Below, in pieces: positions 7,754-16,347 of a DNA stretch of 64,000 nucleotides. The position numbers and the translations under genes were made by a program. The stretch comes from an uncultured virus (IMG/VR IMGVR_UViG_3300035698_030063). Lineage: Duplodnaviria; Heunggongvirae; Uroviricota; Caudoviricetes. The notes under the pieces were generated by a model that was given only the letters and a program-made list of their open reading frames with translations, was not told the origin of the DNA and ran no database searches. The stretch's first letter is position 1. Each line of letters begins with the position of its first letter. The stretch lies in the IMG/VR virus record IMGVR_UViG_3300035698_030063. One strand, 5' to 3'.

Positions 7754-10700
7754 ATGTTTAATTTAGATAGATTAATTGAGATGGTTAAAAAGGGGGAATT
7801 CCCAAACAAACCTTTTAATATTAGAAAAAAAGCAGGGGAAGAAGAATTCGGTGAGGAGTATATAAGAAGAACTACAGATGCTCCTAAAGCGGAACAATCT
7901 TATGAAGAAAGTTTTGAAAGAGTTCCTCAAGTTAAAGAGGATATTAGTTTTGATTTATCAAATAGGCTTACTGAAGAGCAGAAGTTGAATGCACAAAAAA
8001 TAGATGAAGCTATGAATTTATGGGTTCAGCAGAATACTCAAAGCATGGGAATGGAGGCCACAGAGGGAGTTGAGGCTTTAGAGCACAAACGGGATAAGAG
8101 ATCTGAAGATTCATTACTAAAAACAGATAAATTTATAGTAGATGAAATGAGAAAAGATCCAAATCTTATCACAACTTTAACTAATAAGATTGATCAAAAT
8201 GTGCCACTTGAGCCAGAAATGCCACTTATATTTGTGGCAACTATGTTGGCTAAACATCAGAAAAAAGAAGAGGTAACAGAGAAAGCTCCTGCTGATTTTG
8301 TTGAACCTGTTCGTCCTGTTTCTCCTACTGATGCTGCTCCTGTTGCTGATGCTAATGTTGGTAGTGATGTAATGTATGATGATATTACATTATCGGTTAT
8401 GAGGAGATTTAATCCTGATTCTTTAGAAGAAACTGGTGATTTGGATAATGTTTTAGACGCCCTTAGCCCTAAAGGAAAAGGCGTTGGCAAGATGTATAAT
8501 CCTACTAATTTCCAAGTAGCTGTTGAGAAGATGTTTGGCGTACCTAAGGGTAATAATGTTGATCAGAGGATGAATTTTTTCTTAGTTAATTCTGATTTAT
8601 TGGCTATGCCATTTTTCCCAAATGAAAATCCACAGTACAATATTTTTCAACAAGTTCCAGGGCTAGAAGAGGGATTAAGGGCAGAGTTGAATAAATTTGG
8701 AATCGGGGATGAGGATATCATATCTGGTTTAAAAAGAGCTAGTGCTCAAAAAGCTGATCAAGCAAGAGGCATTCCAAGTCCTAAAGGCCCGATAACCAGA
8801 GCTTTACAATTATATGCAGAACCTGAATTGCATGAAATTTTGCAGCAATTGATCGGAAGAACAGATCCTTCAATAGTTCAATGGTTTAAACCTAAATTGC
8901 AGTATGCAATGGAGGAAACAGGGGCAAAACTTAATGTAAATGAAGAGACTAGTAACCTCGGTATAGGTCCAGGGGAAGAGATGGCAATAAAAGAAAAAGC
9001 AACACCTGAACAGAAAAGTCATGCAGCTAATCAGGTCGCGGCAATTGTTGATAGTTATTTAGTTGATCAGTTGGACACTATGGATATAATGAAGGATTCT
9101 ATAGTTGGAAACATGATGGCTCCTGAAGTAAATAAGTATATGGAGTTAAAGAATGGTCTTGCTACTGTTCGAAGTCCAGAAGAAAAAACACAAGTAGAAA
9201 ATAATATTAAAAATCAGATGGGCATGTATATTCTTACTGAGTCTTTAAATGGATTTAGTAATTATACTATAGTCCAATTAAGACAACTTTTTAAAGATGC
9301 TACTGGGGTTTCTGCTGGGAAGAAATATTATGCTCCAGGATCTGAACAAAAAGATACTATGATTAATTTTACGAATGATTTTGGAAAAGCAAACGTTCCA
9401 TCAGATATTATAGAAACTATTTTTAAGGGGGATAAGAGTGGAAGCGAAAAAATTAATCCTAGCGATTATGTTAAGGGATATATAAATCAAATTAATAGTG
9501 GAGAAATAACTGATCCATATTCCCCAGATTGGTCAAAAATGATTCAGAGAAAAGTTCCATATAATGTTTTTGCTGATATGTATATGTTAAAATCTGAAAT
9601 AAAAGGTATGCACGACAGAGGATTAGCAAGAAGACCAGAAGGTGCTTACTCTGGAGAAGATGTTATTACATCTATATATAACGATTTAGAGAAAGATGTA
9701 GCAAGCAGAAAGATGTTGGAAGATTTTTCTGGAATAGTCTATGAGGATAGAAATAGTTCTCTACAAATAGAACAAAAAAAGAAAAATTTTATTAGAATGA
9801 CCTTGGATCAAACAAATAAAAATTTAAATAGATATGAAAGTTGTTATAAGGCAAGAAAAAAATATAATGATTTAAGGGAAGAAGTCAAGAATAAGCATAT
9901 GCTGACTGATGAGGAGAGAAAAGAAGAAATATCAGCCATCAATAGAGAAGAGAAAGAGGGAAAGGTATATTTTAAGGATGATAAAGATGGAAATATTATA
10001 GTAGATAAAAAAGGCCTTCCTAAAAAATTCCATGATTATTCTGTTCTAAAAAATGTAAAATGGGTTATTGGTTCTATTATGTGGCCATTACTACCAAGCA
10101 TATTGAATAATATTGAAAACTCTCAAGCTACGAATATTTTTGAAATGAATGCAGAAAAATCATTTTTAGATTTATTTGACCACGGCGCTAAACAATATGA
10201 AAGATATACTGATATCGGTAAGAATATTAATCCTTTTGATGAGCAAGGCAGATCTAATACTGAATTGTATTATCTAGTTAGAGATGGCAGAATTCCAGTA
10301 GATATTCAAAAAATAATAGATTTTACCAAAAAATCTAAAATGACAGAAAATGACAAGATATATATTAATAATCTTAATTATATTTTTGGATTAAAAAAGA
10401 AGTTAAGGAAAAATCAAGATCTTTTAGATAAGGCTACTATTAACAAAGAAAATTATATAGTTAATCGTTTGAGTTATATGGCTCGAGATAGAGTTAATAA
10501 GATCAGGTTTGAAAAAAATCCAAATGAACAAGCTAAACTTTTATCTAGGATCCCTCCAGAAAAACTTCAAGAATTTAAAAATAAAGTTATTAGCGAATGG
10601 GACGGTTATTCTGGATTGTCTGATGAATATTATCTATGGTTAGGGCTTAAAGGTCCTGTTAAAAGTAAAAATACTTTTAATAGTCTTGTGAATAAATATC

Positions 10701-10966
10701 AAAATTCTGTTGATAAAGTTTTAAATGATATAACAGTTAAAGAAGTGGCGAATGCTAAGGTAAAGCGGCTAACTACTGCTTCTAAAACATCGTATTTAAG
10801 ATTGGTTCATGCCGAATATAAAAAAGCTTTATCAAAAATAGATAAATTACATAAAATTAAAAAGTTTTCATATAAATTTGCGAGTGTAGATGTTTCTTCA
10901 ATTGACGATACTATATTAGATATTGAGAAAAATTTTGAGAGTCTTTTAGACACTTTAATAAGGTAG
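7754..10966 (+). CDS. Large hypothetical protein (1070 aa), possibly internal virion protein
   Basis: GGAG SD; no recognisable catalytic motif; acidic N half, basic C half; downstream of putative late promoter. Confidence 0.6.
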   Translation: MFNLDRLIEMVKKGEFPNKPFNIRKKAGEEEFGEEYIRRTTDAPKAEQSYEESFERVPQVKEDISFDLSNRLTEEQKLNAQKIDEAMNLWVQQNTQSMGMEATEGVEALEHKRDKRSEDSLLKTDKFIVDEMRKDPNLITTLTNKIDQNVPLEPEMPLIFVATMLAKHQKKEEVTEKAPADFVEPVRPVSPTDAAPVADANVGSDVMYDDITLSVMRRFNPDSLEETGDLDNVLDALSPKGKGVGKMYNPTNFQVAVEKMFGVPKGNNVDQRMNFFLVNSDLLAMPFFPNENPQYNIFQQVPGLEEGLRAELNKFGIGDEDIISGLKRASAQKADQARGIPSPKGPITRALQLYAEPELHEILQQLIGRTDPSIVQWFKPKLQYAMEETGAKLNVNEETSNLGIGPGEEMAIKEKATPEQKSHAANQVAAIVDSYLVDQLDTMDIMKDSIVGNMMAPEVNKYMELKNGLATVRSPEEKTQVENNIKNQMGMYILTESLNGFSNYTIVQLRQLFKDATGVSAGKKYYAPGSEQKDTMINFTNDFGKANVPSDIIETIFKGDKSGSEKINPSDYVKGYINQINSGEITDPYSPDWSKMIQRKVPYNVFADMYMLKSEIKGMHDRGLARRPEGAYSGEDVITSIYNDLEKDVASRKMLEDFSGIVYEDRNSSLQIEQKKKNFIRMTLDQTNKNLNRYESCYKARKKYNDLREEVKNKHMLTDEERKEEISAINREEKEGKVYFKDDKDGNIIVDKKGLPKKFHDYSVLKNVKWVIGSIMWPLLPSILNNIENSQATNIFEMNAEKSFLDLFDHGAKQYERYTDIGKNINPFDEQGRSNTELYYLVRDGRIPVDIQKIIDFTKKSKMTENDKIYINNLNYIFGLKKKLRKNQDLLDKATINKENYIVNRLSYMARDRVNKIRFEKNPNEQAKLLSRIPPEKLQEFKNKVISEWDGYSGLSDEYYLWLGLKGPVKSKNTFNSLVNKYQNSVDKVLNDITVKEVANAKVKRLTTASKTSYLRLVHAEYKKALSKIDKLHKIKKFSYKFASVDVSSIDDTILDIEKNFESLLDTLIR

Positions 10967-10972
10967 AATTGT

Positions 10973-11062
10973 ATAAATATAACAATAGTATGTTTTCAAT
11001 GCAGGAATCATGATAAGTATCCTAATATGGAAATAAATTTTAGAGATAACAAGATATATTAT
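10973..11062 (+). repeat. Degenerate 90-bp copy of the 5' end of ORF 11664-11834 (start ATG mutated to ATA)
   Basis: 79/90 nt identical to 11664-11753 by manual alignment. Confidence 0.85.
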
Positions 11063-11106
11063 TACGATAAATATGTGTGATTATTTATTATTCAAAAGGA
11101 AAATAG

Positions 11107-11667
11107 ATGGAGATTAATAGAGTTTGGAATATGCCTAACAAATGGACTTTTAAAATAAAGCCTATTAGAGAGTTATTAAAAAAATATGTAAATCAAGAAA
11201 AAATATGGTTAGATCCTTTTGCAGGAGAAAACAGCCCTGGAACTATTACTAATGATTTAAATCCACAAAGGGATACTGATTATCATATGGATGCAAGAGA
11301 TTTCTTACATATGTTTGATAATGAATATGCAGATGGTATTCTTTATGATCCACCATATTCTGTTACGCAAGTGAAACAGATATATGATGGTATTGGTAAA
11401 GAGGTTACATTTAAAGAAACAAGAGCAAGTTTCTGGAGAGAAGCTAAAGATGAAATAACAAGAGTTATTAAGGATGATGGAATAGTTATTAGCTTTGGAT
11501 GGAATTCTAGTGGAGTTGGTAAAACTAATGGTTTTGAAATTATAGAAGTTTTAATGGTTCCTCATGGTGGAATTCACAACGATACAATAGTCGTGGTAGA
11601 AAAAAAAGTTTCAAAATCTATTTGTGATGATGTGGATTTGTTTGAAGACGAGATGAGTAGTATATGA
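11107..11667 (+). CDS. Adenine (amino) DNA methyltransferase, solitary phage type
   Basis: LDPFAG (motif I), DPPYS (motif IV), MPNKWTFKIKPI N-terminus, HGG.HNDTI C-terminus. Confidence 0.85.
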   Translation: MEINRVWNMPNKWTFKIKPIRELLKKYVNQEKIWLDPFAGENSPGTITNDLNPQRDTDYHMDARDFLHMFDNEYADGILYDPPYSVTQVKQIYDGIGKEVTFKETRASFWREAKDEITRVIKDDGIVISFGWNSSGVGKTNGFEIIEVLMVPHGGIHNDTIVVVEKKVSKSICDDVDLFEDEMSSI

Positions 11668-11834
11668 ATATAACAGTAGTATGTTCTCATTGTAGAAATC
11701 ATGATAAAGATCCTAATATAGAAATAAATTTTAGAGATAATAAGATATATTACTTTTGTCCTGAATGTGAAAAAGAAAGTATCATTAGTCTAAAAGCTGT
11801 TTTGCCCCCACTTCCAAAAACAAGAAGGATGTAA
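11664..11834 (+). CDS. Small Zn-ribbon protein (56 aa, not in ORF track)
   Basis: MNITVVCSHCRNHDKDPNIEINFRDNKIYYFCPECEKES...; ATGA overlap with MTase stop. Confidence 0.7.
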   Translation: MNITVVCSHCRNHDKDPNIEINFRDNKIYYFCPECEKESIISLKAVLPPLPKTRRM

Positions 11835-11835
11835 T

Positions 11836-12408
11836 ATGTTTTTTATAGTTAATAAAACAAAAAGCACTGTTTCAATAGTTGATATTAATATCACCTTAGG
11901 CCCCAGGCAGGCTGTAGATTTAGATAAATTAATGAGCAGGAGTAAGTCAGAAGCTTCCAAGATGCTAAAGAGGGCTAGTAAAAAAGGACATATTGATGTT
12001 CGTATTAAAGATGGTGGTAAAATATCTAAAATAAAATCTTCAGAAAAAATAAACGATCTTAATGATTTTAAAAAAGAAATTTTGGAAGAAATGAAAGGAT
12101 TGTTAAATCAGACTCAGCAACCAACCCCACAGCAAAGCTTAGGTAAAGAAGATCTAGCAGCTTTTGCTCAACAGATTATAAGTAGTATACCTAAGTCAGA
12201 AACTATTATTATACAAGGTCAACCTCAAGAAGTTAGAGAAGATGAGGATGTTGAAATGGATGAAGATATGTTGGCAAAGATTAATGCAAGAACTGTCGAT
12301 AAGATAGTAGAAGGCACTGATATTAATGCTATGAATTATAAAGAAGAAAAGCAAGAAAATACGATATTAGATAATATAAATGAACTAGAAGATTTGCTTT
12401 TTGACTAA
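11836..12408 (+). CDS. Hypothetical protein with acidic C-terminus (candidate partner of the actin-like protein)
   Basis: AAGGA SD; 190 aa; partner role inferred only from position. Confidence 0.6.
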   Translation: MFFIVNKTKSTVSIVDINITLGPRQAVDLDKLMSRSKSEASKMLKRASKKGHIDVRIKDGGKISKIKSSEKINDLNDFKKEILEEMKGLLNQTQQPTPQQSLGKEDLAAFAQQIISSIPKSETIIIQGQPQEVREDEDVEMDEDMLAKINARTVDKIVEGTDINAMNYKEEKQENTILDNINELEDLLFD

Positions 12409-12439
12409 TAAAAATAAAAGAAGGATATTTAGCAGATAG

Positions 12440-12712
12440 AAGAAAAATCCAGAATATAAGCAATGGACAAAAGATGTATATAAAAAAGATGGTTATACTT
12501 GTCAAAAATGTTTTAAGGCGGGACGTAAATTGAATGCTCATCATATAGAAGGTTTTGCTGAAAATAAAAAAATAAGAACAGATATTAATAATGGTATAAC
12601 TTTTTGTCAAGATTGTCACAATTTATTTCATGCTATTTACAGTAAGAAAAATATAACTAAAAAACAATTAGATGATTTTATGATTAAAAAAAGTATGAAG
12701 AGGACTGGCTGA
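12440..12712 (+). pseudogene. HNH endonuclease remnant (N-terminus lost)
   Basis: KNPEYKQWTKDVYKKDGYTCQKC...KLNAHHIEGF...DINNGITFCQDCHNLFH; in-frame TAG at 12437 and no upstream start; homologous to C-terminus of 14300-15382. Confidence 0.8.
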
Positions 12713-12713
12713 T

Positions 12714-12932
12714 ATGGCTTTTAATAGAGAAAATTTTACAGATGAAGAAAAAGAAGCTATAATATCCCATGCTTTAGAGATTGACGAAGGAAGAATTGTT
12801 TTAGCTCAAGCTTTTGCTAATACTATTCCTAGTTATATTGAAACGGGAAGAAAACTTCTTAAGATGGACGAAATTATGAAAGAGGAAATACCTGATCCTA
12901 TTGACAGTAGATTTGATATTCTAGATTTGTAG
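12714..12932 (+). CDS. Small protein resembling a major capsid protein N-terminal fragment, with C-terminal PIDSRFDILDL tag
   Basis: TDEEKEAIISHALEIDEGRIVLAQAFAN.I....GRKLLKMDE recalls N-termini of large-phage HK97-fold capsid proteins; ends RFDILDL-stop. Confidence 0.55.
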   Translation: MAFNRENFTDEEKEAIISHALEIDEGRIVLAQAFANTIPSYIETGRKLLKMDEIMKEEIPDPIDSRFDILDL

Positions 12933-12940
12933 GATATATC

Positions 12941-13177
12941 ATGAGATGTAAATCGCATAAGAGATATAAGGGCGAGTTGAGACCACGATGTAGCTGTTTA
13001 GATTGTTGGATAATATATATAGAGTCGCATTTGGATTTAGGAATTATAGACGATGCTATTGAGCATCAAAAAGAATTTCACGGAGGATGGAGTATTGAGT
13101 ATGGAGACACAGACGATAATTTGGTAACAAATTATTTATTTAAAAAGAAAAGAGAATTGGAGTTAAGATATGAGTAG
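12941..13177 (+). CDS. Hypothetical protein with N-terminal C/H Zn motif
   Basis: CKSHKRYKG..RPRCSCLDCW; AGGA SD. Confidence 0.6.
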   Translation: MRCKSHKRYKGELRPRCSCLDCWIIYIESHLDLGIIDDAIEHQKEFHGGWSIEYGDTDDNLVTNYLFKKKRELELRYE

Positions 13178-14225
13178 AGCATGTGGAGTTGATGTCGGGA
13201 CGATGTTTTTTCAGGTTGCTGAAAATGATAAAGATGGAAAAATAGATCTTAAAGAGATTAGAAATGCTTTTGTACAACTGGAAGCTTCTGAAGATATTGA
13301 GCAAGTTCTTGCTCAAAATGACTGGCAATATGTTAGTGACGATAAGAACTATTACGTGCTGGGAGAGGATTCCATGAGAGTGGCTAGGATGTTCCCAGGC
13401 AAAGTAGAACTGAGGAGACCTATGCAGGGAGGAGTTCTTAATAAGGGAGAAGATAAGAAGATGCTTGTGATGGCTAAAATGATCGAATCTTCTATCGGTA
13501 AAGCTCCTGATAATAATTCTTTAGTTTGTACTTGTATATCTTCTGATCCTGTAGATGGAGCGCAAGATAATTTATTTCATAAGGTTAGATTAGAGGGTAT
13601 GTTCAAACGTCTTGGATGGAATATTAAGGTTATCGAGGAAGGTCATGCTGTTATTCTATCTGAGAATCCATCTATAACTGATTCAGATGGTAAAAGAATT
13701 CCTTTTAGTGGAATAGGCGTATCTTTTGGTGCTGGTAAGGTTAATTGTGTTCTTGCATATAGAGGTCTCTCAGTTGTCGGTATGAGTGCTGCTAGATCTG
13801 GAGATTGGATAGACAGTAAAGTTGCTGAACAAACTGATGTCCCTATTACTAAGGTAACTAATGTAAAAGAGACTAAGTTAGATTTTAACAATATAGATTA
13901 TGATGATGATATTGTTTTTGCTTTAGATGCTTATTACACTAATATGATTGAGTATGTATTTAAGAATTTTGCTAAGAAATTTTCTAAAGAGAAGAGCGAG
14001 TTTGAAGCTCCTTTAGATATTGTGATAGCAGGTGGAACTTCTATACCTAAAGGATTTAGAGATAAAGTGAAATCTGTTGTAGAAGGATTAGATCTTCCTT
14101 TTGAGATTAAGGATGTGATCCATTCAGAAGATCCGAGAAATGCTGTGGTTAAGGGTTTGTTAACTCAGGCTATTATTTCTCAAAAAAAGCTTAAGGGCAG
14201 GAAAATAAATGAAATGCTAGATTAA
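13170..14225 (+). CDS. Actin-fold ATPase, volactin-like (MreB/MamK superfamily)
   Basis: Phosphate-1 GVDVGTM; RNAF; RRPMQGGVL; EEGHAVILSE; phosphate-2 GIGVSFGAGKVN; RSGDWID; adenosine loop IVIAGGTS.PKGF; DPRNAVVKG. Confidence 0.85.
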   Translation: MSRACGVDVGTMFFQVAENDKDGKIDLKEIRNAFVQLEASEDIEQVLAQNDWQYVSDDKNYYVLGEDSMRVARMFPGKVELRRPMQGGVLNKGEDKKMLVMAKMIESSIGKAPDNNSLVCTCISSDPVDGAQDNLFHKVRLEGMFKRLGWNIKVIEEGHAVILSENPSITDSDGKRIPFSGIGVSFGAGKVNCVLAYRGLSVVGMSAARSGDWIDSKVAEQTDVPITKVTNVKETKLDFNNIDYDDDIVFALDAYYTNMIEYVFKNFAKKFSKEKSEFEAPLDIVIAGGTSIPKGFRDKVKSVVEGLDLPFEIKDVIHSEDPRNAVVKGLLTQAIISQKKLKGRKINEMLD

Positions 14226-14249
14226 AAACAAGGTTTTTATTTGTATTTT

Positions 14250-14286
14250 AAGAAGTTATATGTATAAGCGTATAACTTCTTTTTTT
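14250..14286 (+). terminator. Hairpin/terminator overlapping putative late promoter
   Basis: AAGAAGTTATATG...CGTATAACTTCTT plus T run. Confidence 0.65.
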
Positions 14287-14299
14287 ATGGAGATATTCA

Positions 14300-15382
14300 A
14301 TGTCAAAAAAATTAAAACATAGTTATATAAAGCAATATTTTAAAGATAATAATTGTGAATTATTAGAAAAAGAATATATAAATAATTTAACTAAAATGAA
14401 ATATAGATGTAGTTGTGGGGATATTAGCGAAATAACTTTCAATAGTTTTAAAAGGGGATCACGATGTTTTACTTGTGGTAAGGAAAAAATGGCAGAAAAA
14501 CAGAGATTAACATATGACTATGTTAAAGATATGTTTAGATTTTCAGGATGCGAGTTATTAGAAAAAGAATATAAAAATTGTATGGTTTTAATGAAGTATA
14601 GGTGTAGCTGTGGGAATATGAGTAAAATAACTTTTAATCAATTTCAACAAGGGCAAAGATGTGCAAAATGTGGAGGAACAGAAAAACTTACAATAGAATA
14701 TGTGAAAGGATTTTTTGAAGAGCAGGGTTGTGAGCTGTTAGAAAAAGAATATGTTAATAACAGAACAAAAATGAGATATATGTGTAAATGTGGTAATTAT
14801 TCAAAAATTGGATTTGATAGTTTCAAAATGGGACGAAGATGCATGAAGTGTAGAGGATCGGAAAAATTAATATATGAATATGTTGAACAATATTTTAAGG
14901 AACAAGGTTGCGAGCTGATAGAGAAAGAATATGTTAATAATAGAACAAAAATGAGATACAAGTGCGATTGTGGAAGTATAAGTGAAATATGTTTTAGTGA
15001 TTTTAAACAAGGGAGGAGATGTAAAAAATGTGGATATGAGAAAATATCTGGTGAAAATCATTGGAATTATGATAGTAGTTTAACAGATGAAGATAGGCAA
15101 GATAGAAGGCTTATAGATGGATATCTTCAGTGGATAAAAAGCATTTATAAAAATAATAATTATACTTGCCAGAAATGCATTAAAAGAGGTGGCAAATTGA
15201 ATGCTCATCATATCGAAAATTATTCTGCTAATAAAGGGTTGAGGGTAGATATGAATAATGGAATATGTTTTTGTGAGTCATGCCATAAACAATTTCATAA
15301 AAAATATGGTAAAAGAAATAATAATAAACAACAGTTAGATCAATTTATAGGAGATAAAAATGGGATATTGTGTAGAGTCTGA
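14300..15382 (+). CDS. HNH homing endonuclease with four N-terminal Zn-ribbon repeats
   Basis: Four copies of KLTxEYV..F...GCELLEKEY.N..TKM.Y.CxCG....I.F..F..G.RC..C; C-terminal YTCQKC...KLNAHHI...NNGICFCESCHKQFH. Confidence 0.88.
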   Translation: MSKKLKHSYIKQYFKDNNCELLEKEYINNLTKMKYRCSCGDISEITFNSFKRGSRCFTCGKEKMAEKQRLTYDYVKDMFRFSGCELLEKEYKNCMVLMKYRCSCGNMSKITFNQFQQGQRCAKCGGTEKLTIEYVKGFFEEQGCELLEKEYVNNRTKMRYMCKCGNYSKIGFDSFKMGRRCMKCRGSEKLIYEYVEQYFKEQGCELIEKEYVNNRTKMRYKCDCGSISEICFSDFKQGRRCKKCGYEKISGENHWNYDSSLTDEDRQDRRLIDGYLQWIKSIYKNNNYTCQKCIKRGGKLNAHHIENYSANKGLRVDMNNGICFCESCHKQFHKKYGKRNNNKQQLDQFIGDKNGILCRV

Positions 15383-16088
15383 TATAGTTTTTATAATCGC
15401 CCAAAGTCTCACTTCGGCAACCGCCCAGACGACTGATGATCTTGGAACTCTTGGTAATTTATTGAATATTGGTAATACTTTAGATAAAAATTTAGTAACT
15501 TCTGATAATGTTAGTTATTATATTCAACTGGCTGATAGTGAAATAGATGCTGTCTTGAGTCAGATGTATGTTACTCCTTTTTGTGAGAAGGTTGATTTTG
15601 AAACAGAGCTATATTCAGATTTAGACCCATCTAATAATAATTACATTGTTTTAGAAAGATATTGTCCTTTGGCTGTAGGTGATATAGTTATAATAACTGA
15701 TGGTACAAATGATGAACGTCATGAAGTAAGTGAAGTTATTGGGGGAGATACTTTTGAGACAACAACTAATATACAATATTCTTTCACGGCTGGGGCTAGG
15801 ATTTTAAGAGTAGCATATCCAAATCCTATTAGATTTATATCTGCTAGAATTGCTTCAGCTAATATATATGATAAATATTTTTCATCAGAGAGCGCTCCTA
15901 ATACTTCTGCTTTTGGTCAGACTATGAGAGAACTAGCTTATGACAGGATAAATGATGTTTTAAATGGAACTATCGTTTTACATGGTGCTCATAAAATTGG
16001 TCGTAGATTTTACAATCCAAATCTTGTTGACCAATACGCTTTACCTTCTGGTGGTAGTATTGAGAAAGGTCGTAAACAGATTAAATAA
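15360..16088 (+). CDS. Head-tail adaptor/neck protein (Mu gp36/DUF1320-like) with inserted domain
   Basis: YC...DI...YIQLADSEIDAVL...YVTPF...PNPIRFISARIA...IYD...LAYDRINDVLNG; first gene of the morphogenesis block. Confidence 0.65.
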   Translation: MGYCVESDIVFIIAQSLTSATAQTTDDLGTLGNLLNIGNTLDKNLVTSDNVSYYIQLADSEIDAVLSQMYVTPFCEKVDFETELYSDLDPSNNNYIVLERYCPLAVGDIVIITDGTNDERHEVSEVIGGDTFETTTNIQYSFTAGARILRVAYPNPIRFISARIASANIYDKYFSSESAPNTSAFGQTMRELAYDRINDVLNGTIVLHGAHKIGRRFYNPNLVDQYALPSGGSIEKGRKQIK

Positions 16089-16342
16089 TGGCTATGGAAA
16101 AATTTATAAATGCTTTACAGAAAGCTAAATCTATGGATGGAAAAATTGTAGGGGAGGATTCTGCGTTTATTAAAACAGAACTTGCAAAAGATGATAAACA
16201 GGCATGGGTTAATCATATGGTAGAACAGTATTTAAAACATGAAACTATAGATACTCCTCCTCTAGATTTGGAAATAATAAAGAAAGATTTTGTTAAAGAA
16301 ATTGCTAGAAGAGAAATAAAAAAAATATTTGGTAAGGGTTAA
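16088..16342 (+). CDS. Hypothetical protein (neck region)
   Basis: TAATG coupling. Confidence 0.55.
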   Translation: MAMEKFINALQKAKSMDGKIVGEDSAFIKTELAKDDKQAWVNHMVEQYLKHETIDTPPLDLEIIKKDFVKEIARREIKKIFGKG

Positions 16343-16347
16343 TAAAC

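Noticed and set aside
10973..11753. 90-bp repeat pair as a diversity-generating retroelement TR/VR
   Set aside because: Mismatches are not adenine-specific (several C/T and one T/G) and no reverse transcriptase is seen.
7290..12440. Stop-codon reassignment (TAG read-through) as explanation for the broken phoH and HNH remnant
   Set aside because: ORFs up to 2200 aa are intact in the standard code, TAG ends several genes (including a tagged one), and the phoH breaks include TAA stops and frameshifts.
13170..14225. Archaeal virus origin suggested by the volactin-like gene
   Set aside because: Sigma-like promoters, hairpin/T-run terminators, PhoH and SEC-C favour a bacterial host; the host cannot be determined from this window.
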